A stretch of 63,602 nucleotides of DNA, filler included, from Olpidium bornovanus S191 (GCA_017911155.1; 29 parts of 29 records of this genome joined end to end with filler, not necessarily neighbours in it); one strand, 5' to 3'. Shown: positions 48,551 to 62,048, counted from the first letter of the whole stretch. Notes: generated by a model from the sequence alone, not told the origin. A program made the numbers and translations.

Positions 48551-49144
48551 TTTTCGGGGCGAAAGCGGCGCGCAGCTTCGGGGAGGATATGAATCCGGCG
48601 GTGACGAGGGAAAGGGGGTCAGGCGCCCGCGGCGGAAGGGGCCGCCCGCGATTTTACGGCTCGCGGGGGGCCGAACTTTTTTTTTTTTTTTTTCTCCGCG
48701 GAAGTTTTCCCCCCTCTCGCTGTTTTTCGTCCGGGGCGCTTTTGGGGAGGGGCGGACGGATCCACCGCGCAAACAACAACAACAAAAAGAAAAAGGAAAC
48801 AAAAGGCAAAAAAACCACTCTTTTTCGTCCGGCACTCTCATTTTCGCCGCACTTTTCCGGATATTCTTTGTTTTTTTTTTTTTTTGTTTGCCGCCGGGGG
48901 AGAGGGGGGCGGTGGAGGGTGGGTGTTGCCGGGTGCGGAGGCCGGAGGCGCGGGCGGGGCTGTGCGCGGAAACTTTTTGAGACGGGCCCACCTTCCTGCT
49001 CATCGGCCGAGCCCTTCGGCGATCGGCAGCTTCTTTCGGTGAACCTCGCCCGTTGCGCAAGCTTCGGCCAGGGCGGAAATTCCGCTTTTCTCGAAAAACC
49101 CTTCCCCGGAAGGTCCAACTTCCCGGGACCGGGGCCGGCGGGGA

Positions 49145-49198
<54 letters not shown>

Positions 49199-49241
49199 GG
49201 GCCCCCCGGGGGGGGGGGGGGGGGGGGGGTGGGGGGGGGGG

Positions 49242-49275
<34 letters not shown>

Positions 49276-50377
49276 NNNNNNNNNNNNNNNNNNNNNNNNN
49301 NNNNNNNNNNNNNNNNNNNTTAATTAATTAANNNNNNNNNNNNNNNNNNNNNNNNNNNNNNNNNNNNNNNNNNNNCATGAGAAGGGACTCCGACTACGAG
49401 CCGTCAAGGCGTCAGCTATGCGCGCTCACACTGATAAAAGGACCAAGAAAGAACCTTGTAGTCCCAGATAGAGTCCCCACGGCAAAAAAAAAACCTCATC
49501 TCGACCTTAATCTCAAACTAGCTAGAATTCGCAAGTCTCCAGATAATTCGGTTTCCCGATAACGCAGAGCGCGTAAAGTGAATAAGACTTGAGACGCACG
49601 AAGGTTCCAGAAACTCCAGATCCAGACATATATCCAGGGCCAGAACAGCGAATTTTAATCTCCAGGCGGCGCAGAGCGTCGCCGAGACAATTTGCAAGCC
49701 GTCTTGACGCATCGCCGACGCGGCGTGCATAAACAGACCAGAGGTGCGCATAATCTAGAACCACACAAAATTCAGGGTTCCCCAGACTCCCAAACCCTTC
49801 GGACCGCGAGTGGGACTTGGGTTCTTCCCGATCACTGTCGTCCAGACAACGCCTGCGGCGTGTTACCCATAGAGAAGGCTTGGCAGGTTACTCGGTGTTC
49901 GCTGTGACCTGTGACTTGCGTGAGAAATACTGGGAGGGAACATGAGCAGGGAGGACATAAAAGTTGGAGAGCAGGAAGGCTTTGCCGCTGTACTCGGGTA
50001 TCGCCGTAATGCGGGACTTGCGCGAGGCACTCTGCATGCTTGTAAAGGTTCGGCGGCACCCGAATAAAGCTGGTCACGTGATTAACAAACATGCAATCCC
50101 CCCGGGAGCGAGCCAGCGGCAGCTGGTAACACCCTCGGGCCGCAAACACATCACGAATGTATACTTCATAAATACATGGATTATACTTATATAAATATTG
50201 AAGGACTCTCAGAACGACCTCTGAGCTACAAAAACACACCCTGAAGGTTTGCGCTGGCAAAGCACTGCGTTGATCACATGCGTTAGAACGTTTAAAGGCT
50301 GGAAAGGAAGGAGGGGGGGGAATGGAAAAACGGAGGGGGGGAGGCCGGGGGACGGTTTGATGGTTCTATATCATGAT

Positions 50378-52603
50378 CTATCTTTTGGCACCTTTCTTCT
50401 TCTTATCTGCCAATTCTTCCATCGGCGCGACGGCGTTGGGGCCACCCGGCCCGGACGGCGGTACGCCGGGGCTGCTGCCGACGGGAACTTCGCTGGAGGG
50501 CCCCAGGTTGAGCGCCAGTCTCGCGGCCTCCTCAGCGGCCATCCTGGCTTTCGCGTTTGCCTCCTCGACCTGTCGGATCACGCGCTTGCGGTACTCGTCG
50601 CGGCGCCCGGCGTCCTCCTCGAAGAATTTGGCCATGACGCTCTTGTGCCGGTCCACCGCCTCGATCTGGTGGCCGCGCACGCGGCTGCGGTTCTCCTTCT
50701 CGGCCGCCCGCCGCCGGCTCAGCGCCTCGTGGGCCTCCTGGTGCGAGGCCAGCCGCGCGCGCCGCGCCGCCTTGCGCTGGTCCGCCTCCTCCGGCGCGAG
50801 GACCCTCGGCGCCGGCGCGTTCGGCGACGCCGCGGCGCGCACCCGGTACGGGTCCGGGGATTTGTTCCTCTGCTGCAGCGCCGCCGGGTTTTGTTGCCGC
50901 AACGCCGCCGGCAGGTGCTGCTGCGGCGGCGCTTGCGCGTCCGGCTGCGCCTGCGGCGGCGGCGGCGGCTGCAAGTGCGACTGCGGCGATTGCTGCTGCT
51001 GCTGCTGCTGAGACCCGGCCGCGGCTTCGGCAGGCGTGGTGATTTTTCGCGCCTGGGAAGCCGGCCCCTGCGCTTTCATCGCGTCCGCGCCCGTTGCGGG
51101 GCCGGCTCGCTTCGCCTCCCCGGCGCCCACAGCCGCCGACGGGGCCCGGCTCTGGATTTCGGAAGCGACGCCCTGCGCCGCTCCGGGAGCCTTTGGCACG
51201 AGCCCCGTCGACGGCGCCGCCGGAGAAGAGTGCTCGATCTGCTTCAGGTAAGCCTCGCGCGTTTCCCGCGCCTTCGTTGCGCGGCCGGGCTGCGCCGCCT
51301 CCCACGCTTCCTTGAGAGCCCTGTGCCGGTCCTCCTTCTCCGTGTCCCGCGTCACGGTCAGCCCCGCCCCGTCCGACGATACAATCCTGAGCTTCCAGTA
51401 CGGTTCCCCCCCAGCGCCCGCGGTCGGGCCGGAGCCGTCGCCGCCGCCTGCCCCGGCGGGAGCGCTCGACCCGGGCTTTTTCTTCTTCGCCGAACCGGTC
51501 GGGACGCCGTTGGGGTTCTTCTGCCGTGAGCTGCCGGGCCGCTGAGCTGCCGCCCCTCCGGGCGCGCCGCTTTCTGGCCCTGCCGCTCCGGGAGCTCCGG
51601 ATGTCAGGTTTGCTGCTGCGGGTGCATACTTGGTCATGTCGGTCTGCTCGGCGACTGCTTGGATGATATATTTGTGTCGGGGCTGGCCCAGAAAAGAACC
51701 CGAGGTTTAAGGTTCCAGATTGCACGGAGATTTGCGAAAAAAACGTAATTCGCACCTTGTTCTGGGACGCGTTCGCCCCAGCAGCCGCAACGCTGGTGTG
51801 ATCATCCCGGTACAAGAGCAAGACGGGGACTGCCAGCGAGCCCTTCCCCGTCACATTGCACAGCTCCACGTCGTTGTCGAAGACCTGCAACCGCAGAGGG
51901 ATGGTCGCGACGGAAATGGTGAGGTACAGCGAGACGCAATTTTCCGGTGCGTCCTTGACCTTCGCGACGAATCTGCGGGGAAGGGCAATTTCGAGTCAGT
52001 TTTCGGTGGACATATATTTGTCTAGCCGGCTAAGAGGTTCTCTGCCAGTGGCAGGTCGCGACAGCAGGGGCGTGCGTAGAAAAAAAAAACAGCCCCCAAG
52101 ACGGATTGCTAACCGGAACAGCATGTTATGCTTGTTTGGAACGTATGGCTCTTCCAGGTCCTGCACGGGGCCCTTCGCGTTCAGCTCCAATGGCTGGTCC
52201 GGCGGGAACACGGGGTACGGGTCGGTCACAAGGCGCAGCTTCCAGCGACCGGCCGGACGTGCCTGCGGCATCCTGCAGATGGCGACAAGGGTGTACCCCT
52301 TGGAGTTCGGCTCGTACGTCCGAGGGGTGAGCTGGGCGAAGGTGTGGGGGATCTCCCGGCCGGTGTCGTTGTCAAACATGCGCGTCGCGGTGTATATTTG
52401 TACCGACTCGGCCATGAGAAGCTGAGCGGCAAAATTGACGGCCTGAGGGAATCGCACCGTGTGCCTGAGCGAGAGAGAAAGTGCATGGTTTTACGAGGGG
52501 CAACAGCGGGTTGGCAAGAGCGCTCAGCAGCACGGTTGCGGACGATTTAACAAGATGAAGGAAGGGGAGAATGAGGGTAGCGACGATGAGCCGGAAACAA
52601 AAC
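50378..52603 (-). CDS. ADGB: Androglobin-like protein, C-terminal region (5'-partial)
   Basis: Ordered motifs FDNDTGREIP...NSKGYTLVA...GRWKLRL, YVPNKHNMLFR, LQVFDNDVE...GKG, HKYIIQA, PYWKLRIVS...RDTEKEDRHRALKEAWEAAQPGRATKA, and a terminal coiled coil, all as in androglobin. Confidence 0.85.
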
Positions 52604-52837
52604 NNNNNNNNNNNNNNNNNNNNNNNNNNNNNNNNNNNNNNNNNNNNTTAATTAATTAANNNNNNNNNNNNNNNNNNNNNNNNNNNNNNNNNNNNNNNNN
52701 NNNCCCCCCCCTCCTCCCCGCCGCCATCTCCGCCCGCATCCCGGGAGAACCCCGCGATGCGAACATTCGTTTCCACTACCCGTTCTCTTTCACTCCTCTT
52801 TCTCCCTCCCCGCCTCCCCACCCATCCCCCACCCCAG

Positions 52838-53149
52838 TGCCTCCCGATCTACTACTCCTCCGGCTCTCGCCTGCGGGCCTTCGCCGTCGCCGCCCTGTTC
52901 GGCGCGGCGTCGCAGTTCGCCGGCGCGCTGGCGGCCTTCTTCCTTTTCCGCCTGATCCGGCCGACCGTCGTCGTCGCCTTCACGGGCTTCCTGTTCTCGA
53001 CGGTGGCCGGCCTGCTCCTGTACATCGTCGTCGGCGGCGTCTTGCCGCTGAGCCGCGCCTCCGACCCCGAAGACAGGTTCGTCACCAAGAGCGTCCTGGC
53101 GGGCGCCGCGTTCTTCTACTTTGTGCTGAGCGTGTTCTCCTACGTCTGA
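52838..53149 (+). CDS. ZIP-family (ZupT/ZIP11-like) metal transporter, last exon
   Basis: PIYYSSGSRLRAF... followed by three TM helices including STVAGLLLYIVVGGVLP (the AG.M.Y....ELLP position). Confidence 0.8.
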   Translation, partial: CLPIYYSSGSRLRAFAVAALFGAASQFAGALAAFFLFRLIRPTVVVAFTGFLFSTVAGLLLYIVVGGVLPLSRASDPEDRFVTKSVLAGAAFFYFVLSVFSYV

Positions 53150-53820
53150 GAGGGACGAGCGCGGCGTCGTTCCGGTCCCAGGATTTTTTTTTTTTTCTTC
53201 ACGCACGTTTATTTTTTCTTTTTTTTTTTCCCGTTTCCCCTGTCCGGTTGTTTTTTTTATGGTCTTTTGCTGCCTCGCACTTTCCAAGTCGTCTTCGAGT
53301 CCACCCTTTTTTTTCCCACTCCACCCGCTCTCACATTTTCAGAGCATGAAGGCATTTTACACACATTATGTATGTTCGCATCCCAGTTTGCCGCCGATAG
53401 ATCCCGCATTCCGGCTTTTGCGTAACGGGGTGACGTTCTTTTTCTTGTTTCGTTTCTCCTAAACGCACCGAGCGCCAGATCCACGGCTGTCCCCTCCATC
53501 CCCCCGGCCCGCGTGACGCTCAGCCTGAGGAGCGTCTCCCCCCGACGAACGGATTCCCGATTTCCCATGCGCGTTGGAAATACAAGAAAACGCTAACCGT
53601 CAGGGTGCGGCCAGAGCCGCCCGGGTGACGGTCCTCCGCGCGCCGCATGCCCTGGCGCCGGCGGGCTGGTCCACTTTGCGGCGGTGAAAAAGAAAAAGCA
53701 CCGCGCTCTGCTTATCGCCANNNNNNNNNNNNNNNNNNNNNNNNNNNNNNNNNNNNNNNNNNNNTTAATTAATTAANNNNNNNNNNNNNNNNNNNNNNNN
53801 NNNNNNNNNNNNNNNNNNNN

Positions 53821-53852
<32 letters not shown>

Positions 53853-53992
53853 ACGTAAAACAACGCCACTCTCCCGGAAAGGAAAGAGCGAAACGAAACC
53901 GAGCACAGAACGACGGCGAAAGCGGCCGACGGCCGGCGCAACGCCGCCCCGCACTCTGCCAGGAGCGCCCCCCCCACGCCCGCGGCCGCCCT

Positions 53993-54370
53993 TTGATAAG
54001 TGCAACGGCAACAGCAGAAGCAGTAGGGTCAGCAACGGCTGCAGCTGCGACAGCGTCGGCAACAACGCCGACGCCAACGCCAGCCACGATAACGATAACG
54101 TGCCTAGCAACAGAAACGACGTCGGCGGCAACGGCAGTGGGACAGCGACGGCGACTGCAGTGCGACAGCGACGGCAACGGCAGCGACGGCAGTGCGACAG
54201 CGACGGCAACGGCAACGGCAGCGACGTCAGTGACGATGACGTCAACGAGTAAGGACGTTGGGACGTTGTTACCAACAGCAAGGCGTTTAGCAGAACAGCG
54301 CGTTCAGCAGCTGCAACGCTCTTAGCAACGACAAGGCGGTTAACAACGGCAACGAGTTCAGCGACGGCGG
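53993..54370. repeat. Degenerate GCAACG/GCGACG/GCAACA hexamer-based low-complexity tract
   Basis: Includes two copies of GCAGTGCGACAGCGACGGCAACGGCA (about 54156 and 54189). Confidence 0.7.
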
Positions 54371-55017
54371 CGGCGGGGAGGAGGGAAGCAGGACGTCTAT
54401 AAAAGCCGGGGGGGGGGGGGGGGGAGGAGGGGAACGTTCGCAAAAAAAAGCCAACCCCAACGCCGGAGGTCGAGGGCAAGACCGGAACTACCACACTGAA
54501 CAGGCTGCCCGGTTTGACAAGGCCCCCGACTTCGGCGACAGCAACCGCAACTCGTACCTTCTGCACCAGCGATGCCCCGAGCGAGGTGTGCGCAACTAGA
54601 AGAGGTCGACCGCCAACGGGCCGCCGCCCGCCCGGCCTTCGGAAAAACCCGCAACGGGTGCCGCCCGCAGTTCAACGACGGACTGTCTCGCAACCACACG
54701 GGAAATACCCAACTTCCGCAGAGCGCGAGTCTGACGGTCTATATTTTTCTGCCCCGCTTTTTTTTCTACCGTGTCGATTTTTTTATGCGGACGGGTGAGG
54801 GGGCGATTGAGGATGGGGAGGGGGAAAGGGAGGGGGGGGATGGGTGAACGAAGATCACGGAAACAAAGGGACATGACATCGTTGCGGAGCAATCTTGACA
54901 TGTTTTCATTTCGTCCGNNNNNNNNNNNNNNNNNNNNNNNNNNNNNNNNNNNNNNNNNNNNTTAATTAATTAANNNNNNNNNNNNNNNNNNNNNNNNNNN
55001 NNNNNNNNNNNNNNNNN

Positions 55018-56199
55018 GGCCACCCGACCCGTCCCTTACGGGGTGCAGTAATGAAGCGCGCAACCCAGGGCCACATTTTTATGCAGCTCCCGCGCCGGGG
55101 GGTTTTTTCTTCCGGCCGGGAAGGGTCCCAAGCCCATGGCTGTGTCGACGCGCGTTTTCCCGCTTCTCTCTTTCTCTTACCCCTCTCTGCCGGACCAAAC
55201 CCGCCGCTCTCCGCGCTCTCCCTCTCCACCCGGCCGTCTCCCGCTGCGCGGCCGCTCCCTGCGTACCGCAAGGTCGCTCTTGCCGTTGCAGCGCGGCGCC
55301 CTTGGCCGCTCCCCCCTCTCCCTCGCGAAAAGGCGCGCCCTGGTCACCCCGACCGGCGTGCAAAGAGAGCTTGCCCCCACAGGTTTGCTTTGCCAAACCC
55401 GCTGCTTTTTCTTCCGCCCGTGCGCACCCGGCGTGCGCGTGCTGCTGACCCGCCCGCGGCCTCTCCTCCCTCCGCCCCTCCTCGCCCCCGCTTTCCCTTC
55501 CTGCGCAGGCACGCCCAAGTGGTGAACGAACCCCGCCTGCGCGGCCCGCCCCCTGTAGGCACCCGCCGCGGGGAGAAGGGCCGTCGGGCACAGACACCCC
55601 GCAACGGAAACTGGAAGCTCGGGCCGCCGAACGGCCCCCAGCTTGCGAGCGCCTCAGCGGGGTGTACCGAGGCCGTTTTCTTCTCCCTCCGTGCCGTTCG
55701 GGTTCCCGGCAAAAACAAGTGCCAGCCGCCGCGCAGAGAAGCGTGGGGTCCTGTAAAAAGCGCTGCTTTCCGGCCCCCGTTCGCTGTCACGTTTACCATA
55801 GCTTGCACGGTTAGCTGAACGGTCTTTAGCATGCGTCGCCGCCGGTTGCAGCTTGTTGTTCACTCCGAATGACCGTTTTGCTGATCTTGCACGCGCGCTT
55901 GACGCTGTCGTGGCCTTGGCGCCCCACACAGCTCGAACACTTACTCGGTTGCGCCTTTGTTTATTTCTACCCCCTCTTCGCTTTCAAATTCGGCTTTCAA
56001 TGACGCTCGACAGTTTCGGTTTTAAACTGCCCAAGCCCTTCTTGGCCTGTGCATTTGATCAACTTCGATATCCGTCTCGCTTTGAGCTGCTATGGGCGAA
56101 AAAACGCTGTCGCGGCTGTCGCATTCGTAAGACAACGACCGAGGCAAGATCGGACAAGGAGGCGTTTGCAGCGCACGGGGAGGTTTTTGGGGAGTGGGG

Positions 56200-56236
<37 letters not shown>

Positions 56237-56339
56237 TTGGGGGGGGGGAAAAAAAAAAAAAAAAACCCCCCAAAAAAAAAAAAAAAAACCTTTCCCTCCC
56301 TTTTTTTTTTTTTGGGGGGGGAAGGGGGGGGGGAGGGGG

Positions 56340-56374
<35 letters not shown>

Positions 56375-59300
56375 GGGGGGGGGGGGGGGGGGGGGGGGGG
56401 AAGCGGGATGGGAGCGGTGGTGTTTTAGTGAGCGCCCTATAATCACCGTTAACGTGGACAACCCCTGACAGCGGGCATCGCGAAGGCAATTCCACTGGAG
56501 GTTTGGCAATTGCAAACGAAAATGAATGATTCGTTGATGGTGGGCTGAGGTTCACGCTTTCGGACTTGATGGATGATGCTGACCCCCCCGAGAATTCGGC
56601 GATGCTTGCGAGATGTAAGCTTCACTTGGAAGAATCTGACCAGCTGGGACGGCTATTTCGTCCATCTCCCTTTAAAAAAAAGGTCGAGGGCGACAACGGT
56701 CCCGGGGTTTCCCTGATTTGCAATGAAGCATCCAGGCTGCGAAATGGCGGGGAGGGGAGGTTAAAGGGGTTTGAATGGGAGGCGGGGAAGAGGGGAGAGG
56801 GGTAAGGCTCCGGCATTGTAAAAAATCACCGAGCGAGGGGCACGGTGAATCTCTTTGTTTTGATAGGAGTGGGGAGGGTTCACCTGCATTTTCACCGGCG
56901 ACGACTGTTGAGTGTGGCCGCTGCCGCTGCTAAAAGGAGGACTGAGATTTTGAGCCCAGAGTGCATCTGGTAGCTCAATATACAGTGGTAGGATTGTCGG
57001 GTTGGCGCACGGGAAAAAAACTTGACAGCCTTTACTCCGGATCCGCCTAGGCGTTTCTTTAGTTGTGATGCTCAGAATATCAACCGCGTCGTGAATCTGT
57101 CTTAAAAACTCCTTCCAAGTTGGTTGCCGTTTATTAATTCTCGCTGGTTTTATGAAATCATGTGAAAGGCGCATCCATACGTTTATTGATCTACGCTGCA
57201 CGGAGCTTGTTTTTCTTTGTGTTCGGGGTCTGGGCTTGTCGTCCTTGATTTTACGGTTTTCTCCTGCGGAAAGGTGGAAACTCCGATGATGACTCTGCCG
57301 CATGATTGTTGCCTTGCAGAGATGCCTTTCAAAGTTTTAATGCGCCCTGAGAGCGGCCATGAGCAATGCAAGGCGCATGGTTAACATAACCAACAAGAAT
57401 GCGTTGAGGCAATTCATCTGCGGGTTTCAACAAATAGATTACACTCCCGGCCCGGACACCGTGATTCTGGTTCTGCTTGAAATGTTGGTTAGTTCAGCTG
57501 CCTTTCGACTGCGTCCGAGCGTCGCACTTAGACGTTGGCAATCCCCGGCGACGCCCTCGCGAACGCACCACCGCGGAGCACAGACGACGGATGCAGCCAG
57601 TCAAAACAAGCTGAGCGGCGGATTTCCAATAGGTTCGGTGAGGCAGACGGAGAATTGGGGTCGTCATCCGCGTTGCGCTTTTTTGGGGCGCCGGGTGTTG
57701 CCCCGTCACGGCGGTACCCAGGCCAAGGCAGGTTGGCCGCAACTCGCGCACGTGACCCCGCTTTGCCGTGGGCCGCCTCCGCCCGGAACGCGCAAACCTT
57801 ACACGAAGCCCTAAACGTGAGAAGCCCTGCGGAAGGAGATCGAAGGAAAGGCGGCGGCGGGGGCGACTCGGAACGGCGCAGAACGACCGTCCCCGCCGCA
57901 AAACCCGCGGCAGAGCCGCGCGCTGAGGAGAGAGCCCGCTCGACCGCCGGCCGTCCGTTGACTGTCCGTCCGTTCCTTTTTTTGCGGCCGGGAGCCTCAC
58001 CACGCCCCCTACCCCGCCCTCCCCGCCGTTTGCCGAGTCTTCTTTCTTTCTTTTTTTTTCCGGCAGCGAACGCTTTCTGCTGTCGCGTTAAGCAGCCCCG
58101 GTTAGAAAGGCCACGGTCGTTCCGGTGGTCTGAAGCGGGACAGCTTTTCCCCGGAGACCCTCGAGCTAAAGCTTTTCCCCCGAGTTTTCTGTGAGCGCGG
58201 TTTCTGGCGACGCCCAGTCAACGCCAAAGCTAAGCGGGAGCGGAGCACGATCACCGAGATCGCGGTACGCTCACAAACCGCCAAACCCGTCCAAAGTTGC
58301 CGTTGCCGGAAGCGAGAAGCCCCTGCCGGCGACGTTTACCTGCAGCGCCAACCGCCGTTGCCAACCCGTCGACCCGTGCCGTCCCAAGGCCAGCCTTGCC
58401 GAAGCTGGTTGACGCCGCGACGCACGGCACGGGCGAGCAGAGGCGGCCTGTCCCGAAAGCGAGCCGTGCTAATCAAACCGGCTAAGACGAGCCACGCAGC
58501 AGAAGTTCGGGAAACCTGCAAGCACGGGAGAGAGCGCGGCGCACGAAAGCGAAGGAACGACCAAGGCCGAAAATGGTGTACCTTCGCCGAAGCGCGCCGC
58601 AAGCTCTTTTGGCGAAATCGATCGTCGTGGGAAACCAATTGGCCAAATTTTTTTCCCCCGTCGGCTCTGTGTCCAGTTTGTTTTTCGTTTTTGGAACTCC
58701 GCTTTTGCGCCCCTATGCGCGAATTTTGCATGCTTATTTGCGAATTTTGCATTTTTCGTTATTTCCGGAAGCAGATCCCACCGATTGGCCGCGCGAAACT
58801 GATACCATGACGTGGGACACACTGTGCGGACGGACAAAAACGTAATGGGGCAGGCGGTCTGCGAAAGGCCGGGCGAAGTTTCTTGACGACCGGTCTGGCT
58901 AATGTTCCAGCAAAGAACCTGTCCGAAGCGTCTAACCAATGCAACATTCCGGACAATGACTAATTGATTCCATACCTATCATGAACTTCATCGGCCGTCC
59001 AGATGACCCTAAAAATTGCAGGTTACCGTCGTGACTCAGCGGCCTCCTTCCGCATTTGCGCATTCGCCTTTGATTCCGCTTGCATTTTCCGTTTGTGTTT
59101 TTCCCTTGCGGCCGCCGCTTGGGAGGCGTATTCTGGAAAGGTGCCATGGAAGCAGCTTTCGTTGTAACTTCCCGTAATATTTCCCGCAACTCTTAGGAAC
59201 AGGCGTTCTGTGGCTTGAAACCGTCTTCAATGGAGCCTCGGGAAAAGTATCCTTCCTCGCCTCTTCCCCCCCCAGCCAAACTCCCACCTCTCTCCGCTCC

Positions 59301-60189
59301 TCGCCCACTCTACCGCCATTTTATGAGACTGTTTCACCGCTTCCTTCGTTTTTCATTGTTGTTTGTGAGGCGGAGAGCTGAACACCTTCGGAAGCGTCCT
59401 TTGTAAGAAGACAGGATACTTTCTTCCGGCGCTTCTGGCGATGGAACCGACCGTTCGTTTGAAGCGGCCGGGTTTTCTCCCCTTCGTTCTGACTATACGG
59501 CGGACGTCAATGCGACGCATTCGAGCGAGTTAAGTCACCGCTCGACTTTTACATCTAACTCTCCCATGACGGAGGTCATCCTCCTCGCCGGCCCTACCCA
59601 ACCCCGCAGGCCAAATCCAACTTCCGGATAATTCGCTCCTTGATTTCACAAAATCCTCCAGGCTTTGAATCTTCCTTCCTCGCGCGTTACTTCTCTGAGA
59701 GGGAGCAGGGTTGGAATTCTTGGACGCCCTGTTTATTGCTCCGTGCGGCCGTACAATTCGTGCGAATCCCAGCGCACTGAACAGGAAGACCTCCTATTAA
59801 CCGCTCACAAGCAGAGCACGTTAAAGGAAAACAACATTTGCAGTGCGCTCTCTTTCGTGTGACAGATGCCGCAAAAAGGCGGCTAGCCTTTACAACGGAG
59901 GTTTGTGTGTTTGCCACTCTTAATATATCAAGCAACATCTATGCGCCAGTGCTGTTTAGCCCTCTTCCGCCGCTGGCTCTGTATGAGTCGGGGCTTGAAC
60001 CCGCCCGATATTTGTCTCGAGGTCCGCGTCTCGCACAGCACCGTCAAAGGCTTTTTTGACTTCAATCGTCACTCCATCCCCTGCTAGACTCCTGCGGCAA
60101 TCCTATCAACTCTGTTCAATCTTTGACTTTAAGCCTACGTCCATAACGGCGCCGCCAACGGTTTTTTTATTGCATCAATTGCATCATGA
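55018..60189. other. Unassigned contig with candidate small exons on both strands
   Basis: Several short GT/AG-bounded open segments (e.g. + 57350-57487, - 59290-59020), but no family recognised. Confidence 0.2.
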
Positions 60190-60289
60190 NNNNNNNNNNN
60201 NNNNNNNNNNNNNNNNNNNNNNNNNNNNNNNNNTTAATTAATTAANNNNNNNNNNNNNNNNNNNNNNNNNNNNNNNNNNNNNNNNNNNN

Positions 60290-61467
60290 CATGGTCAAGT
60301 ACCGCAACCTCACCTACCTGGAACAGCAACTTGACGAACACAACCGACTAGAACAGGACAAGTTTGAGGTAAACAGCTCCGCCGACCCGTCCGGTTCTGC
60401 GCCAGTCGAAAGCGACCGTTGCTCCGGCGTGCCGTTTTTTGTGCCATTGCCCAACGCGCCGGCTGACGGGCGGAACGTGCGCTGTAGGAAACGGAGCTCT
60501 CGCTTAAGAAGATGCAGAACAGACTGCGGGAGGAGGAGCTGCGGCTGCTGCGCGGCGAGGACGTACCGCAACCGGGAGGCACAGGAGGAGACCAGCCGTT
60601 CATCCGATCAAGGCAACGGCCGAGCGGTAAGCATTGCCGGGTGTGCGACGAACCGGGCTGCCGCGAGTTTTTCACCGTGTTAGTTTGGCAGCTGACAAAA
60701 TTGGCCGCGACGTCGCCGGCGGCGGCGTCGCCAGCCGCGGGCAGACGGAACCTGAACTCCATGAACGCCGGCTTCGGAGGGTCGGACGAGTCAGAGGACA
60801 GCCTGGAAAGCGGGGTAAAGCTCGTTTAGTCTCTTCTGATGAACTCCTCCCCCCTCACCTCCCTTTACAACAACAACAAAAAAATTTGCTTACGAGAATT
60901 TCTGCTGCATTCGACGGACGTCGCGCACCTCAGGAAGAAGGCGGCTTCCCGGGGAACGGCAGGTTCAGCGAGAGCGACGACGGCGACCGAGGCAAGAGCA
61001 TCGACCTGGACGGCGAAGAGGACGAGGAGGGCGGCGAAGACGACGAGGCGGAAGCGGAGGAGGTCGACGACGACGACGACGAAGGCGCCGGCGGCGGCGA
61101 TGCGGCTGACGACGACGACGACGACGACGACAGCTCCGAGGACCAGCAGCCGCCGCTGGGTTCGTCGCGCGTCTACAGCAGCTCGGGCGGCCGCCCGCTG
61201 GCGGCGGGACGCGGCGAGAGCTCCCGGGCGAGGAAAGCGGGGCCGGCCGTCCCCCGCGGGCCGGGAAGCAGGTCCACGTTGACCCCGGCGGGGAGGCCCG
61301 CCGATCTCGCCCGGCGCGCCCCCGGGAAGGGCAGCGGCGTCGAAATAGAGCTGGAGGGTGCCGACGACGACTTCGGCCTCGCCGGCGGCGATTACGACGT
61401 CGAGGATGACGAGGAGGATGACATCAGCGACCGTGATGGCGGCGGACTGAGCGATAATGATTTCTGA
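60290..61467 (+). CDS. CLUAP1: Clusterin-associated protein 1 / IFT38, C-terminal part
   Basis: KYRNLTYLEQQLDEHNRLEQDKFE / ETELSLKKMQNRLREEELRLLRG, then an acidic tail ending in SDNDF*, as in CLUAP1. Confidence 0.92.
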
Positions 61468-62009
61468 CGCCCAGGGTAAGGCCCGGGCGACGGGGTGCGT
61501 GCAGCGGCCGAAAACAACGACAAGCAAAATACCGGGCCGCTGCCCTGCGGAGGGATGGTCGCCCGCGGAGGAACCGGCTGCCATAGAGGAGGAAGAACGC
61601 GGGAACACCCCCGCACGGGGTCCGTTCTCAAATCTGACGTCCGGGCAAATGATGCATTCGTAATATAACATCCGGGCAGCATGTCAAAAATGCCCGGCAT
61701 CCCCCCGTTGCCCCGCCGCGTATGCCCCCCCCCCCCATTTGCAGGCGTCACTGAGAGGGGGAAGAAGGGGGAAGAAGGGGGGGGGGCGCGCACAGTTCTT
61801 TCGCAAGTTCGACTTGGGGGGTGACGGGAGAAATCTTGCCCAGCTCTTCGGGCTCGTCCGGCCGGTAGCGAGAGCGGGTCGAGGGCAGAGGTGCGTCAGT
61901 CGGCCGGTGGCCCCGCGCCGGGCTCCGGGTCCGTTTGGTGGCCGACGGTTGTGGCGGGTAAAAAAAGGTGGAGGGGAGAGGGAAAGGGAGAGGAAAAAAA
62001 AATAAGAGG

Positions 62010-62048
<39 letters not shown>

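Noticed and set aside
54396-54404. CTATAAAAG as a TATA box of an LTR
   Set aside because: No second LTR, PBS, PPT or downstream gene could be supported.
58900-59030. Myb/SHAQKYF-like RRVIWTADEVHDRFF on the minus strand
   Set aside because: It requires an 18-nt intron, which is implausibly short; without it the frame stops.
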